A stretch of DNA of 64,000 nt from a virus (Duplodnaviria; Caudoviricetes). Below the pieces are notes generated by a model, which saw nothing but the letters and a program-made list of their open reading frames with translations, made no database searches and was not told the origin of the DNA. Every line of letters begins with the position of its first letter. Position 1 is the stretch's first letter. The position numbers were made by a program, and so were the translations under genes. Positions 9,802-18,800 of this stretch are shown here, piece by piece. Location: the IMG/VR virus record IMGVR_UViG_3300010049_000011, positions 32,001 to 96,000 of that record. The stretch is one strand, 5' to 3'.

Positions 9802-10554
9802 ATGACGGCCTACACGAAGAATTACCCAGGTTGGGGACTTACAGCAAGACATAAGAAGCCCGAATGGCGAATGGTGGGTAGTGATAGAGGCATGGATGTT
9901 TGGGAGGATGCCGAAGGAAAGCAGCAAAGGAGACCCCGTCTTAATATGCAAACAGGCCTATATGATAAATCTACAGAACCTCAATACGGGAATATACCTG
10001 AGGGTTACGAAAACCCGATGTTCGCTCGTGCTAAAGCCAAAGAGGCTGAATGGGGTTTAGGTTCAGACCTTAAACCTGGAGAAAAGAGCAAGAAGAACGC
10101 CGAGAAAGATGCACAGGCCCACCGATCTGTTAAGGACGGACAAGCAGAACTCTGGGCTTACGCTTGTGGACGAGACCTTAAGTACCAGGACTACGATTTA
10201 TTCCTATCTGAGTTCCTGCCAGAGTGGCAGAGGTATAAAGGGAACAACGCTGTCTCAGAATCTCTTTTCAACAAGGCTTGCACTTTAGTCGAAGCATATC
10301 TCCTTACCGAAGACGAAGCTATAATACAGAATATGGCTTCTGCTGTAGCTGGTTCCGAGGTATCTCCCAACACTGAGAGATTCCTAGACTCTGTCGAAGT
10401 GGCTACTCTCGGGGACATGATCGGTTCTGTCTCTAAGATTATAGAAGATTACCCTGAGATTATTGCGGTAGACATAGAGATTGGAGCATCTCTCAATAAC
10501 GTCATAAATCGCCTCTCTCAATTACAATTCTTTAAGACTAAGGCTCCTAAATAA
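9802..10554 (+). CDS. Hypothetical, putative head-associated protein
   Basis: GAGG SD; internal VSESLFNKACTLVEAYLLTED linker. Confidence 0.55.
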   Translation: MTAYTKNYPGWGLTARHKKPEWRMVGSDRGMDVWEDAEGKQQRRPRLNMQTGLYDKSTEPQYGNIPEGYENPMFARAKAKEAEWGLGSDLKPGEKSKKNAEKDAQAHRSVKDGQAELWAYACGRDLKYQDYDLFLSEFLPEWQRYKGNNAVSESLFNKACTLVEAYLLTEDEAIIQNMASAVAGSEVSPNTERFLDSVEVATLGDMIGSVSKIIEDYPEIIAVDIEIGASLNNVINRLSQLQFFKTKAPK

Positions 10555-10745
10555 TGCGTGAAGGTCAGAAACTCAGAATACACGGTAGAGACGCAGAGTT
10601 CCTTAGGCGAATTACTGATGCTGTAGTGTCTGTATACTACCCTGATGACGATTCTAAAGTCAACGTAAAGATCGTAGATTGTATCTATGAATCTCTAATC
10701 GAGAGTTATGATCGTACACTATTACCAAGTAAAGAAGCTAAATAG
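10554..10745 (+). CDS. Small SH3-like protein
   Basis: TAATG coupling to the upstream gene; IYESLIESY near the C-terminus. Confidence 0.5.
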   Translation: MREGQKLRIHGRDAEFLRRITDAVVSVYYPDDDSKVNVKIVDCIYESLIESYDRTLLPSKEAK

Positions 10746-10971
10746 TCAGAATTACGTTCTGGTTAAGCTTAGTTCGTCTTTAGAGATCGATAAGGTCTTT
10801 AATGTTAAGTTTGTGGATAAGAACGTGGAGACATGTTCTTGCGGAAATTGTAGGAACCCGAGGAAACACTCACATATAAGAGTAGTTAAGTCTTGGGTAT
10901 CTAATAAGATGCTCGAAAAGAGTATCGCAATTCACAACCCTAAAACCAACGAACTTACTTGGAAGAGATAG
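10708..10971 (+). CDS. Small SWIM-like zinc-binding protein
   Basis: CSCxxC...HxHI motif. Confidence 0.5.
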   Translation: MIVHYYQVKKLNSQNYVLVKLSSSLEIDKVFNVKFVDKNVETCSCGNCRNPRKHSHIRVVKSWVSNKMLEKSIAIHNPKTNELTWKR

Positions 10972-11142
10972 ATGCCTAAGTCTGAAGATAAAGATTTCCT
11001 CACTAAATCGGATTTTAATAAGTTAGCTCAAGCTCTCTTTAAGAAGGCTGGAATAGACCCTAAATCGTTCAGTAAGAAAAAATCCGTAAAGAATCCATAT
11101 AAGTATAAGAAAGTCTACTCTAAAGACGGGACTAAGAATTAA
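10972..11142 (+). CDS. Small basic protein (56 aa, not in the ORF track)
   Basis: ATG right after the upstream TAG; MPKSEDKDFL...DGTKN; fills the gap to 11144. Confidence 0.55.
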   Translation: MPKSEDKDFLTKSDFNKLAQALFKKAGIDPKSFSKKKSVKNPYKYKKVYSKDGTKN

Positions 11143-11143
11143 C

Positions 11144-11866
11144 ATGACGACTAATTACGCGAACACCTGGACAGAAGTAGACACCGAGATGGAGACGATC
11201 TTCCTCCATATCGCAAGAGGAGCCTCTCCTAACGCCTCAGAAATAGATATGTTCACAAAGGATAGAATTCAGTTTGTGAATAGTGTTGAAGATGTTGCCG
11301 AGTTGTTTGATATCTACCAACGCAAGACTAAGCAAACTCAGATCACGTATCCTCTCTTGTCATACACTCCTAACGGGACGACGGAATCCATCCAGCACGG
11401 AACCGGAGTCAGGTCAACTGTGTTCGGTATCAGGACCAACCTCCCTAACGGGGAAACTAAGGTATCTAAGGCTAAGGGAGTAGAATCTGACTACAACTAT
11501 GCTATTTGGACTGACAGCTTCGAGAAGGCCAGGTACTACCAGAACAATCTAACTGTAAACTGTCTAGATAGGTACCATTTCCATAAATACCACTCGAACG
11601 TGTTGAATAGAGAGTCTTACATATTTACGATGTTAGACGCGCCTGTCTTAAATAAAATACCTAAATTCGACGATAAGAAGAAGCAATCCGGTTACATATA
11701 CGTAGTTGCCGGAATCTGTGATGTCTGGGCAATATTGTCGGAACCTTCCTTCCCGATGTCTACAATAGAGCAGATCTCTCTAACCGTTCGTGGAATGGAG
11801 GGACAGAACCAAGCGTTCAAGTCTACGATCGTAGTAGACGGGGACGACGCGGAACGTCCTTCCTAG
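11144..11866 (+). CDS. Putative tail terminator / sheath stabiliser (T4 gp15-like)
   Basis: 240 aa; I.YPLLSY...YNYAIW pattern; near the sheath gene. Confidence 0.45.
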   Translation: MTTNYANTWTEVDTEMETIFLHIARGASPNASEIDMFTKDRIQFVNSVEDVAELFDIYQRKTKQTQITYPLLSYTPNGTTESIQHGTGVRSTVFGIRTNLPNGETKVSKAKGVESDYNYAIWTDSFEKARYYQNNLTVNCLDRYHFHKYHSNVLNRESYIFTMLDAPVLNKIPKFDDKKKQSGYIYVVAGICDVWAILSEPSFPMSTIEQISLTVRGMEGQNQAFKSTIVVDGDDAERPS

Positions 11867-11874
11867 GGAATTGG

Positions 11875-11928
11875 TTCTAAATCCTAGTTAATTTGTCCTC
11901 GGACTCCTCTAGTTCTTTTATATAAATA
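11875..11928 (+). promoter_or_regulatory. Putative late promoter motif plus an exact T4-type TATAAATA box
   Basis: TTCTAAATCCTAGTTAAT at 11875-11892; TATAAATA at 11921-11928, upstream of ATG 11950. Confidence 0.65.
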
Positions 11929-11949
11929 CAATAACCTAAGGAAAATCTT

Positions 11950-13179
11950 ATGTTGAAATCTCTACAAGAGAAATGGAATAGCGTACCGGCCTCTAAGCTG
12001 TTTGCCCTATCCGAGATGAATTTCGAAACGGACGCTGGAGTCTTAACTGTAAACAAGGGAGATGAGGTAGATCTCCGTAACGTGAACGCAAACCTCGTTA
12101 TACATACTAAAGAGAAATCTGTAGTAATCGCCGACGAGAATATTGCTAAAGCGGTAGTCAATAACGTAGTGTCTCGCGAAGACATGTCTGAGATGGTCGA
12201 AAAGAAGATCTCTATAATGGAGTCTATCAACGAATTCGGAGCGGAAGCAACAGTTCGTAAACTCGCAGAATCCGATACTGCAGGCAATACAAGCTACGGA
12301 AACATCTCTAACGAATCCCAAGAAACGTTCAACGCGGTGCGCAACACTGTCAAAGCTTCCGAGACCCTCAAGTCTTCCGAAGTTATGAACGAAAAATCTA
12401 CCCAAGTCAAGACGGATCTCGAAGGAGACGAGCTTGTGACTGGTGAAGTTGTTCAGACCCGAGACATACCTGCGGAAGTTCGCCTAAACAACGTTATGAA
12501 CAACCTCGGTAAGAACCGCCCTAATTCTCCCCTAGTGCGGGCCGTAGACATCGAAGAGAATTCCACGAAATCTCTCACAGTCGAATCTGTCCGCCTAATC
12601 GCAGAGGAAGAGAACGAGATGTTCTTCAACGTAGAGGAGTTCAAAGGCGCAGTAAGTAACGCTGGAAACACTCTCACACTGAAAGACAACAACATTTACT
12701 CTAACACCCCCAACGGCGTTAATGGTCGCTTCGATAACGAAAGTGGAGAAGGAGTTATCTACAACACTCTCAATGCAGCGAACCCTGAAGAGTTGGATGT
12801 AATTATCCTTGCTCCTACAATGTTCATGACTGTAGCAGAGCTTCCTGAAGTTGAGAACACTAACGATTCTGTCAACGTTGTAGCGGAAGAACCTGCTGTA
12901 GTAGTTACTGAGGCCGCAACAGATTCCGGAATCGAAGTTGAATCGGGCCGTATGAAAGAACTTCTCGGTATCCCTGAAGAAGATCAGATTGCTGACCACT
13001 ACACCTCTGGTGTTAAGCTTGCTGACGACCTCATGAAGAAGGTTGGACGCGCCGACGCCATGAAGATGATCAACTTTGCCGCTAACTTCACAGGTGAAGA
13101 CCTCTTCCGTATAGCTCGCGATCACCTTGCTAACGTCCGTGACGAACAAGAAGCAGCTAAAGAAGAGCGTAAAGACTAA
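11950..13179 (+). CDS. Acidic putative prohead core / internal head protein
   Basis: AAGGA SD; many [ILVM]-x-E sites (LQEK, LSEM, IMES, LAES, MNEK, IAEE, VTEA). Confidence 0.5.
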   Translation: MLKSLQEKWNSVPASKLFALSEMNFETDAGVLTVNKGDEVDLRNVNANLVIHTKEKSVVIADENIAKAVVNNVVSREDMSEMVEKKISIMESINEFGAEATVRKLAESDTAGNTSYGNISNESQETFNAVRNTVKASETLKSSEVMNEKSTQVKTDLEGDELVTGEVVQTRDIPAEVRLNNVMNNLGKNRPNSPLVRAVDIEENSTKSLTVESVRLIAEEENEMFFNVEEFKGAVSNAGNTLTLKDNNIYSNTPNGVNGRFDNESGEGVIYNTLNAANPEELDVIILAPTMFMTVAELPEVENTNDSVNVVAEEPAVVVTEAATDSGIEVESGRMKELLGIPEEDQIADHYTSGVKLADDLMKKVGRADAMKMINFAANFTGEDLFRIARDHLANVRDEQEAAKEERKD

Positions 13180-13193
13180 TTAAGGAGGCTACT

Positions 13194-13466
13194 ATGCGTG
13201 TTCGAGTCTATAACTCCAACCCAATACAGAAGCCTGTTAAAACAGTGAATGGGGACGTAGCTTATGTCCCCTCTCGCGTTGAGACTGTCGTTTTTGTAAA
13301 CAACCTATCCGATCTTCCTGCTGGGGTTCGCGTGGTTCAGATATACCCCGTAGTAGAGAAACCTTCAGGTCGTCCTACGTTTAAGAAACGTGAGAGGGTT
13401 GTGGCAAAGACTAAGGCTAAACCTGCTCCTATAGAAGAAGCAGAAGACTCTAAGTCTGCTAAATAG
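13194..13466 (+). CDS. Hypothetical protein preceding tail sheath
   Basis: AAGGAGG SD; 90 aa. Confidence 0.6.
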   Translation: MRVRVYNSNPIQKPVKTVNGDVAYVPSRVETVVFVNNLSDLPAGVRVVQIYPVVEKPSGRPTFKKRERVVAKTKAKPAPIEEAEDSKSAK

Positions 13467-13523
13467 ATCCGGCTACTATAAAAACTCTACTATCTCGCTA
13501 ACACTAGTTAGGAAATAAATAAC

Positions 13524-15893
13524 ATGGCAAATTTTCCCGGAGTATATCCTGAAATAAGAGAATTACCTGCCGTCATCTCGGGAATATCTTCGAGCGTTGT
13601 CGCTGTCGTGGGATCCGCAGAGAGAGGCCCTGTCTTCGAGAGGAACTTCTTAGGTAATTTCAGAAACTACAATTCCACTTTCGGAACCCCCAACCTTAAA
13701 TACGGGTACATGGGGCACTGCGCTGCAGCATTCTTCGAGACAGCTCGCGAAGTATACATAACTCGAGTAGTTCATGACGACGCAACCTACGCAGGAGTTA
13801 AGATCCCGATGCAATCCGCTGGAGGAGGTTATTCTTCTGGTCAGGGGTACTCCTTAGACGAAGTAGATACTGATCTATTTACGTCTGTTACGAATATAGG
13901 GGTGTCTGACGGAACTACAACCAACTTCAATGGAATTCTCAGGACCCCCTTCTCTCCTAACACCGTAGTCGTGATCGCAGGATCTGTTGTCGCTCAAGAT
14001 GATGGCTTAGGAAACCTGGTAGGAGACGGTGTTACTTCTGGCAGCGTAGATTACGTTACAGGGCTTATAGAGATAGTTTACACGACCTCCCCCTCCAAGG
14101 GTACGTCGGTGTCTGCTCAAGCTACGGATAACGCATCTATCCTAGCTATACTTGCGGATAACCCTAACCAACTCGATGTTCGTGTTCAGCTACAAGATGC
14201 AACTACCCTTCCTGCAAACACCTTAGCTGCCTACACTGAAGGAGATCCGACTTCTGGATTGGTTACTATAACCACAGTTAACCCGCACGGCATGGATGTG
14301 GGGGATAGAGTTGTTGTGTCTAACTCGACTGACTCCGCTTATAACGGATCTTGGACGGTGGTGTCTAACGGAGATGTGACTTCTTCTTATACAAACGTAG
14401 TTACGGACATGGTTACGGCCCTCACAAACATCGGGGCTACGTGGGGTGCCGCTAACATTCCACTATATCTAACTTACGTGTATTCGGTCGACACCGGATA
14501 CATCTGCACAATCGAGAATCCTACAGGTATTACTTACCAGCTTGAGGGAACTATTCTGAACGCTCTAGGTTTCAAAACTGGTGTGTACTCGGAAGCTGAT
14601 CTCGTTGGAGTATCTGTAACTGGAGATGATGTTGTCTCTGGTCTCACAATAAAGGTTACTCAGAAGGCTCTAAACAGCACGATGTTTACCTATAACGTGA
14701 TTCCTGATACAATCACCCAGGTTCTCCCTTCGGCCACTCGTTGGGTACAATATCCTCCTCTCACGGACCAGAGATTCAATATACAGGTCTACGAAGTAAT
14801 AAACGGATCTAACACGCTCGTAGAGACTTGGGCTAACTGTACTCTGTTCAACAACAGAATAAACGGATCTAATACATTCGTCGAGAGTAGAGTAAACGGA
14901 CGCTCAACCTACATTAGAGTGAGTGTAAATCAGGCTGCTCTAGATCTAACTAACGATTACGCTAACCCTGTCTTTCTATCTTACGCATTCCCTCTACAGG
15001 GAGGATCTAACGGTTCTGCTGTGACCTCCTCAGACATTGCTAACGGTTGGGAACTCTATAGGAAGCGTAACGATGTAGCGATAAACTACATGTGTAATGC
15101 GGGGTATGTCTCGGAAGACGATGTCCTTGTCCAGAACACTATGAAGTCTATAGCTGAGTCTCGTAGGGATTGTTGCGCTATACTAGATATACCGTTTAAC
15201 ATGACCTCTAACTCCCCCCGTCAAGATGCTATTGACTGGAGAAGGAATACTCAAGCCTTTAACTCTCGTAAGACTCGTCTCTACACTCCGTGGATCCAGG
15301 TCTTCGACAGCTTCTCTAATACTTCTGGAGTCTGGCTACCTCCTTCAGGATTCGTAACCCAAGCGTACTGTCGTAAGCCTTCTCCTTGGGATGCCGCTGC
15401 AGGCTTCGACTTCGGTACTCTATCTAGCTCTGTACTCCCTCCTACAGGTCTTTCGGAGAACTATGACGAGGAATCTGACGGAGAACAGCTCTACGCTAAC
15501 GGACTTAACTGTATATTACAATTCCCCTCGATAGGTTACGTCGTGTGGGGACAGAAGACTCAAGTAGTTGGTGATAATATCTTCGATCGAGTAAATCGTG
15601 AAGAGACAGTCACATACATCGAAACGGTCCTAAGAGATGCTGCTAAGTTCAACATCTTCAGAGCCAACACTCCGATAGTGCGTGCTCAGATTCAGGAACA
15701 ATTCTCTACGTTCTTAGGGACTGTTGGCGGTCTGGATAGGTTCGCTGTGGACATGTCTGCGAATACTCCTGAAGTGGTTGCGTCTAATCAGATGATAATA
15801 GACCTGTACCTCTGGCTTACTTCTGTGGCCGAAGTAATTCGCCTACGTTCTAACCCATTAGATGGAACAGTAGACATCACGATTGGTGGGTAA
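13524..15893 (+). CDS. Contractile tail sheath protein (T4 gp18-like) with inserted domains
   Basis: PGVYxEIRE...AVVG.AERGP; AESRRDCCAILD; WLPPSG; VVWGQKT. Confidence 0.93.
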   Translation: MANFPGVYPEIRELPAVISGISSSVVAVVGSAERGPVFERNFLGNFRNYNSTFGTPNLKYGYMGHCAAAFFETAREVYITRVVHDDATYAGVKIPMQSAGGGYSSGQGYSLDEVDTDLFTSVTNIGVSDGTTTNFNGILRTPFSPNTVVVIAGSVVAQDDGLGNLVGDGVTSGSVDYVTGLIEIVYTTSPSKGTSVSAQATDNASILAILADNPNQLDVRVQLQDATTLPANTLAAYTEGDPTSGLVTITTVNPHGMDVGDRVVVSNSTDSAYNGSWTVVSNGDVTSSYTNVVTDMVTALTNIGATWGAANIPLYLTYVYSVDTGYICTIENPTGITYQLEGTILNALGFKTGVYSEADLVGVSVTGDDVVSGLTIKVTQKALNSTMFTYNVIPDTITQVLPSATRWVQYPPLTDQRFNIQVYEVINGSNTLVETWANCTLFNNRINGSNTFVESRVNGRSTYIRVSVNQAALDLTNDYANPVFLSYAFPLQGGSNGSAVTSSDIANGWELYRKRNDVAINYMCNAGYVSEDDVLVQNTMKSIAESRRDCCAILDIPFNMTSNSPRQDAIDWRRNTQAFNSRKTRLYTPWIQVFDSFSNTSGVWLPPSGFVTQAYCRKPSPWDAAAGFDFGTLSSSVLPPTGLSENYDEESDGEQLYANGLNCILQFPSIGYVVWGQKTQVVGDNIFDRVNREETVTYIETVLRDAAKFNIFRANTPIVRAQIQEQFSTFLGTVGGLDRFAVDMSANTPEVVASNQMIIDLYLWLTSVAEVIRLRSNPLDGTVDITIGG

Positions 15894-15914
15894 TTACGCT
15901 AACAATACAAATAG

Positions 15915-15943
15915 CTCCCTGTTCAATCGGACGGGGAGTTTTT
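15915..15943 (+). terminator. Terminator hairpin that also contains the SD of the next gene
   Basis: CTCCCTGTTC-AATC-GGACGGGGAG-TTTTT; ATG at 15946. Confidence 0.7.
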
Positions 15944-15945
15944 AT

Positions 15946-17508
15946 ATGCAGAAAGTGTATGCCAGACAATGCGACTTAAGAGATATATCTTATGAAGATC
16001 TAGACATATTCTTAGTTCAGCATCATAGACAGAAAACTTGTAACGGACAAGAGTTTAGGTATGGATTGTTCTTTGAAGATACTCTCGTAGGAGTGATGAC
16101 TTTCGGGAAACCTAGATATAATCGCCATTTTCAATACGAATTGTTAAGATTGTGTTACCACTCTGAGTATCAAATAGTTGGTGGGTCCGAGAGGTTACTA
16201 AAGAAATTTATCGAGGAAAACAAGCCTGTTTCAATATTGTCTTACTGTGATAAAAGGTATTATAAGGGGGAGGTGTACGAGAGACTTGGGTTTAAAAAAT
16301 TATACGATTCCCCTCCTCAGAAAATTTGGGTAAAGGGTGGTAAGAAAATAACCTCAAATCTTCTTAGACAGCACGGAGCAGATAGATTAATAGGAACAAA
16401 GGAGGGTAAAGGCTCTAATAACGAAGAGATTATGCTGAGAGAAGGGTGGAAATTTGAAGAGGATGCAGGTCAGTCTGTTTGGGTTTTAGAGTTCTCAAGA
16501 GGAAAAGTAGGATATATTTACAGGACTACAAACAATATAGACGCTAAGACTTATATAGGACAGCATTATTGGTGTAACGAGGGTGTTGACCCTACTTATT
16601 TTGGCAGTGGAACTAAAATACGGAATGCTATTAACAAGCACGGCAAAGATAATTTTAGTATTGAATTGGTTGAAGAATGTCTATCTATATTTGATCTAAA
16701 TAGTAGGGAAATATACTATATAAGGAAGGAAAAAGAATTAGGTAAGGGGGAATATAATCTTAGATCTGGAGGGTTTTGGGGATACACATTCGACTCCGAA
16801 GAAACTAAATTAAAAAAATCTGTTGCGTCTAGGGCAATGTGGGAATCAGAAGAATATAGAGGGAAACACAGAGAAGCTATGGAGAGGGTTTACCAGGACC
16901 CTGATTACTTAGCGAGACGGTCTGCGACATCCAAAGCCACGTGGGAGGATCCTAAGTATAGGGAAAGAATGCGAGAAATCTACTCTTCAGTAGAGTGTAT
17001 GCAGAATCGATCCGATAAATCTAAAGAACTGTGGCAGGATCAACGTTTTAGAGACAACCAAATAAAGGTCCGTACTTCGGAGGAGTTTAGAGATAATCAA
17101 TCCAAAAAATCTAAGGAACTGTGGCAGACTGAAGAGCACAAAAAGAATCACGACGATGGTCAGAAGAAGAGATTAGCCGACGAAGATCTAGGGAAGAAAC
17201 TATCGGATGGGTGTAAGAAAGGTTGGCAGAATAGAGAGTCTAAAAAGAGAAGAATAGAGATTCAAAACAGTGATGAAGTTCGACAGAAAAGGTCAGAATC
17301 TGTAAAGTTAAGCCACTCTAATAGAGAGGTTCTCGATAAAATATCCACTGCATCTAAGGAGCTCTGGAAAAATCCCGAACATAAAGAAAAGATGGCTGCA
17401 GCATCTAAAAGCCGTTGGAACGATCCCGAGTACAGGGAAAGAATGTCAAGGATACAGGCCGAGGCTTGGGAGAGACGCAGGAACTCTAAAGCTAATTCGT
17501 CTTTCTAA
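15946..17508 (+). CDS. Free-standing homing endonuclease: Mom/GNAT-like domain + GIY-YIG + helical W-repeat DNA-binding tail
   Basis: YARQC...ELLRLC...GG...SYCD..Y.G.VY..LGF; GYIYRTTNNIDAKTYIGQH...YFGSG...E..YI...YN; S-K-x-L-W repeats. Confidence 0.8.
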   Translation: MQKVYARQCDLRDISYEDLDIFLVQHHRQKTCNGQEFRYGLFFEDTLVGVMTFGKPRYNRHFQYELLRLCYHSEYQIVGGSERLLKKFIEENKPVSILSYCDKRYYKGEVYERLGFKKLYDSPPQKIWVKGGKKITSNLLRQHGADRLIGTKEGKGSNNEEIMLREGWKFEEDAGQSVWVLEFSRGKVGYIYRTTNNIDAKTYIGQHYWCNEGVDPTYFGSGTKIRNAINKHGKDNFSIELVEECLSIFDLNSREIYYIRKEKELGKGEYNLRSGGFWGYTFDSEETKLKKSVASRAMWESEEYRGKHREAMERVYQDPDYLARRSATSKATWEDPKYRERMREIYSSVECMQNRSDKSKELWQDQRFRDNQIKVRTSEEFRDNQSKKSKELWQTEEHKKNHDDGQKKRLADEDLGKKLSDGCKKGWQNRESKKRRIEIQNSDEVRQKRSESVKLSHSNREVLDKISTASKELWKNPEHKEKMAAASKSRWNDPEYRERMSRIQAEAWERRRNSKANSSF

Positions 17509-17563
17509 ACAACACAAGAGTAGTTCTTATTCTTGTTCAGGTAAGCCCTTATCTGACTCCTTA

Positions 17564-17609
17564 TCCTGGCGGTTCTCCTTCCTTCTCTCCTTTCCTCCTT
17601 CCGCCAGGA
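17564..17609 (+). promoter_or_regulatory. Leader hairpin with a 28-nt all-pyrimidine loop upstream of uvsX
   Basis: TCCTGGCGG/CCGCCAGGA 9-bp stem; loop TTCTCCTTCCTTCTCTCCTTTCCTCCTT. Confidence 0.55.
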
Positions 17610-17651
17610 GCTTTATTCTAGTCCTTACATCAAAACTGAGAGAGGAGAATA

Positions 17652-18785
17652 ATGTCGTTTTTATCAGAATTATTAGACAGCAATAAAGAACTAAAAGGCA
17701 TCAGTGTCCTAGCGGATATCCCGACCTATGAAGAAGCTGTCCTATCGACTGGGTTGTTGCCTCTAGACATTGCTTGGGGAGGAGGAGTACAGAGAGGTCG
17801 TATATACACGATGTATGCTCCTAAAAGTGCCGGTAAGACCACTCTAGCGTTTACTATAGCAGCTTCTTGGCAGAAAGAATTCCCTAAAGGCATCGTCTGC
17901 GTTATTGAATCTGAGAGAGCTTTAGACCCAATTCGATGTAAAATAATGGGTTTAGACCCTGAGAGAGTAGCTGTTAACCACACCCTATGTCTAGAGGACG
18001 CCTTTGACTACATGAAGGATTTTGGTAAGACTGTGTTCGACAAATACGGTATGGACGCTCCTGTATTGTTTATATGGGATTCCTGGTCTACATGCACTGC
18101 TAAGACAATCATAGAGTCTGAGAATATTTGGGCCGGAGGAATGCAGTTAGACGCCAGACAGACTACGCAGGGGCTTAAAAAGCTTAATGCGCAGTTAGCA
18201 GACACTCAACACGCAGCGATCATAATACAACACGTTCAAGACGGCGGTACGGACAGAAACGGTAACCAGCTTTATACCACATCCAACATACAAGCGCTCA
18301 AACACTACCCTTCGGCTATTGTAGAGCTTTCTCGTAGCGGTTCTCAAGACGATCAGATTTATCGTGATCCAGTAACCAAGAAGGATAAGATTGGAACAGT
18401 GGTCAGGGTTAAACTAGTTAAAAATAAACTAACAGGGATGGATGATCGAACAGTTGAACTGGTCATGTATATGGCGACCGGATTTAATCGAGAGGAATCC
18501 ACGATACGATACCTCGAGACTGGAAACTGTAATAAGTACTTCCAAGTGGGTGGTGGTGGAAATTACACCCTCCTTAACCACAAAGAGGAGGAATATAAGA
18601 AGGTCAGAGGAAAAGACGCCTTAAAGGAACTCCTTAAGACAGATAAATACTTCCTTACTTTAATAGAGTATGCTGGATATAAACACTACGCAGACTCCGA
18701 GCCTCTGTTCGCGGAGAAATACGCTCAGAAACTAAAGAACCTTGAGGATAGGTTGAATAACCTCCTTCTAGATTCCGTCAAATAA
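17652..18785 (+). CDS. uvsX: RecA/UvsX-like recombinase
   Basis: STG.LPLDIA.GGG; Walker A APKSAGKTT; IESE; IWDS; VKNK. Confidence 0.9.
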   Translation: MSFLSELLDSNKELKGISVLADIPTYEEAVLSTGLLPLDIAWGGGVQRGRIYTMYAPKSAGKTTLAFTIAASWQKEFPKGIVCVIESERALDPIRCKIMGLDPERVAVNHTLCLEDAFDYMKDFGKTVFDKYGMDAPVLFIWDSWSTCTAKTIIESENIWAGGMQLDARQTTQGLKKLNAQLADTQHAAIIIQHVQDGGTDRNGNQLYTTSNIQALKHYPSAIVELSRSGSQDDQIYRDPVTKKDKIGTVVRVKLVKNKLTGMDDRTVELVMYMATGFNREESTIRYLETGNCNKYFQVGGGGNYTLLNHKEEEYKKVRGKDALKELLKTDKYFLTLIEYAGYKHYADSEPLFAEKYAQKLKNLEDRLNNLLLDSVK

Positions 18786-18800
18786 AATTAGGAGAATACG

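Noticed and set aside
11950-13179. Major capsid protein
   Set aside because: No gp23/HK97 motifs recognised; the capsid gene probably follows the protease beyond the window
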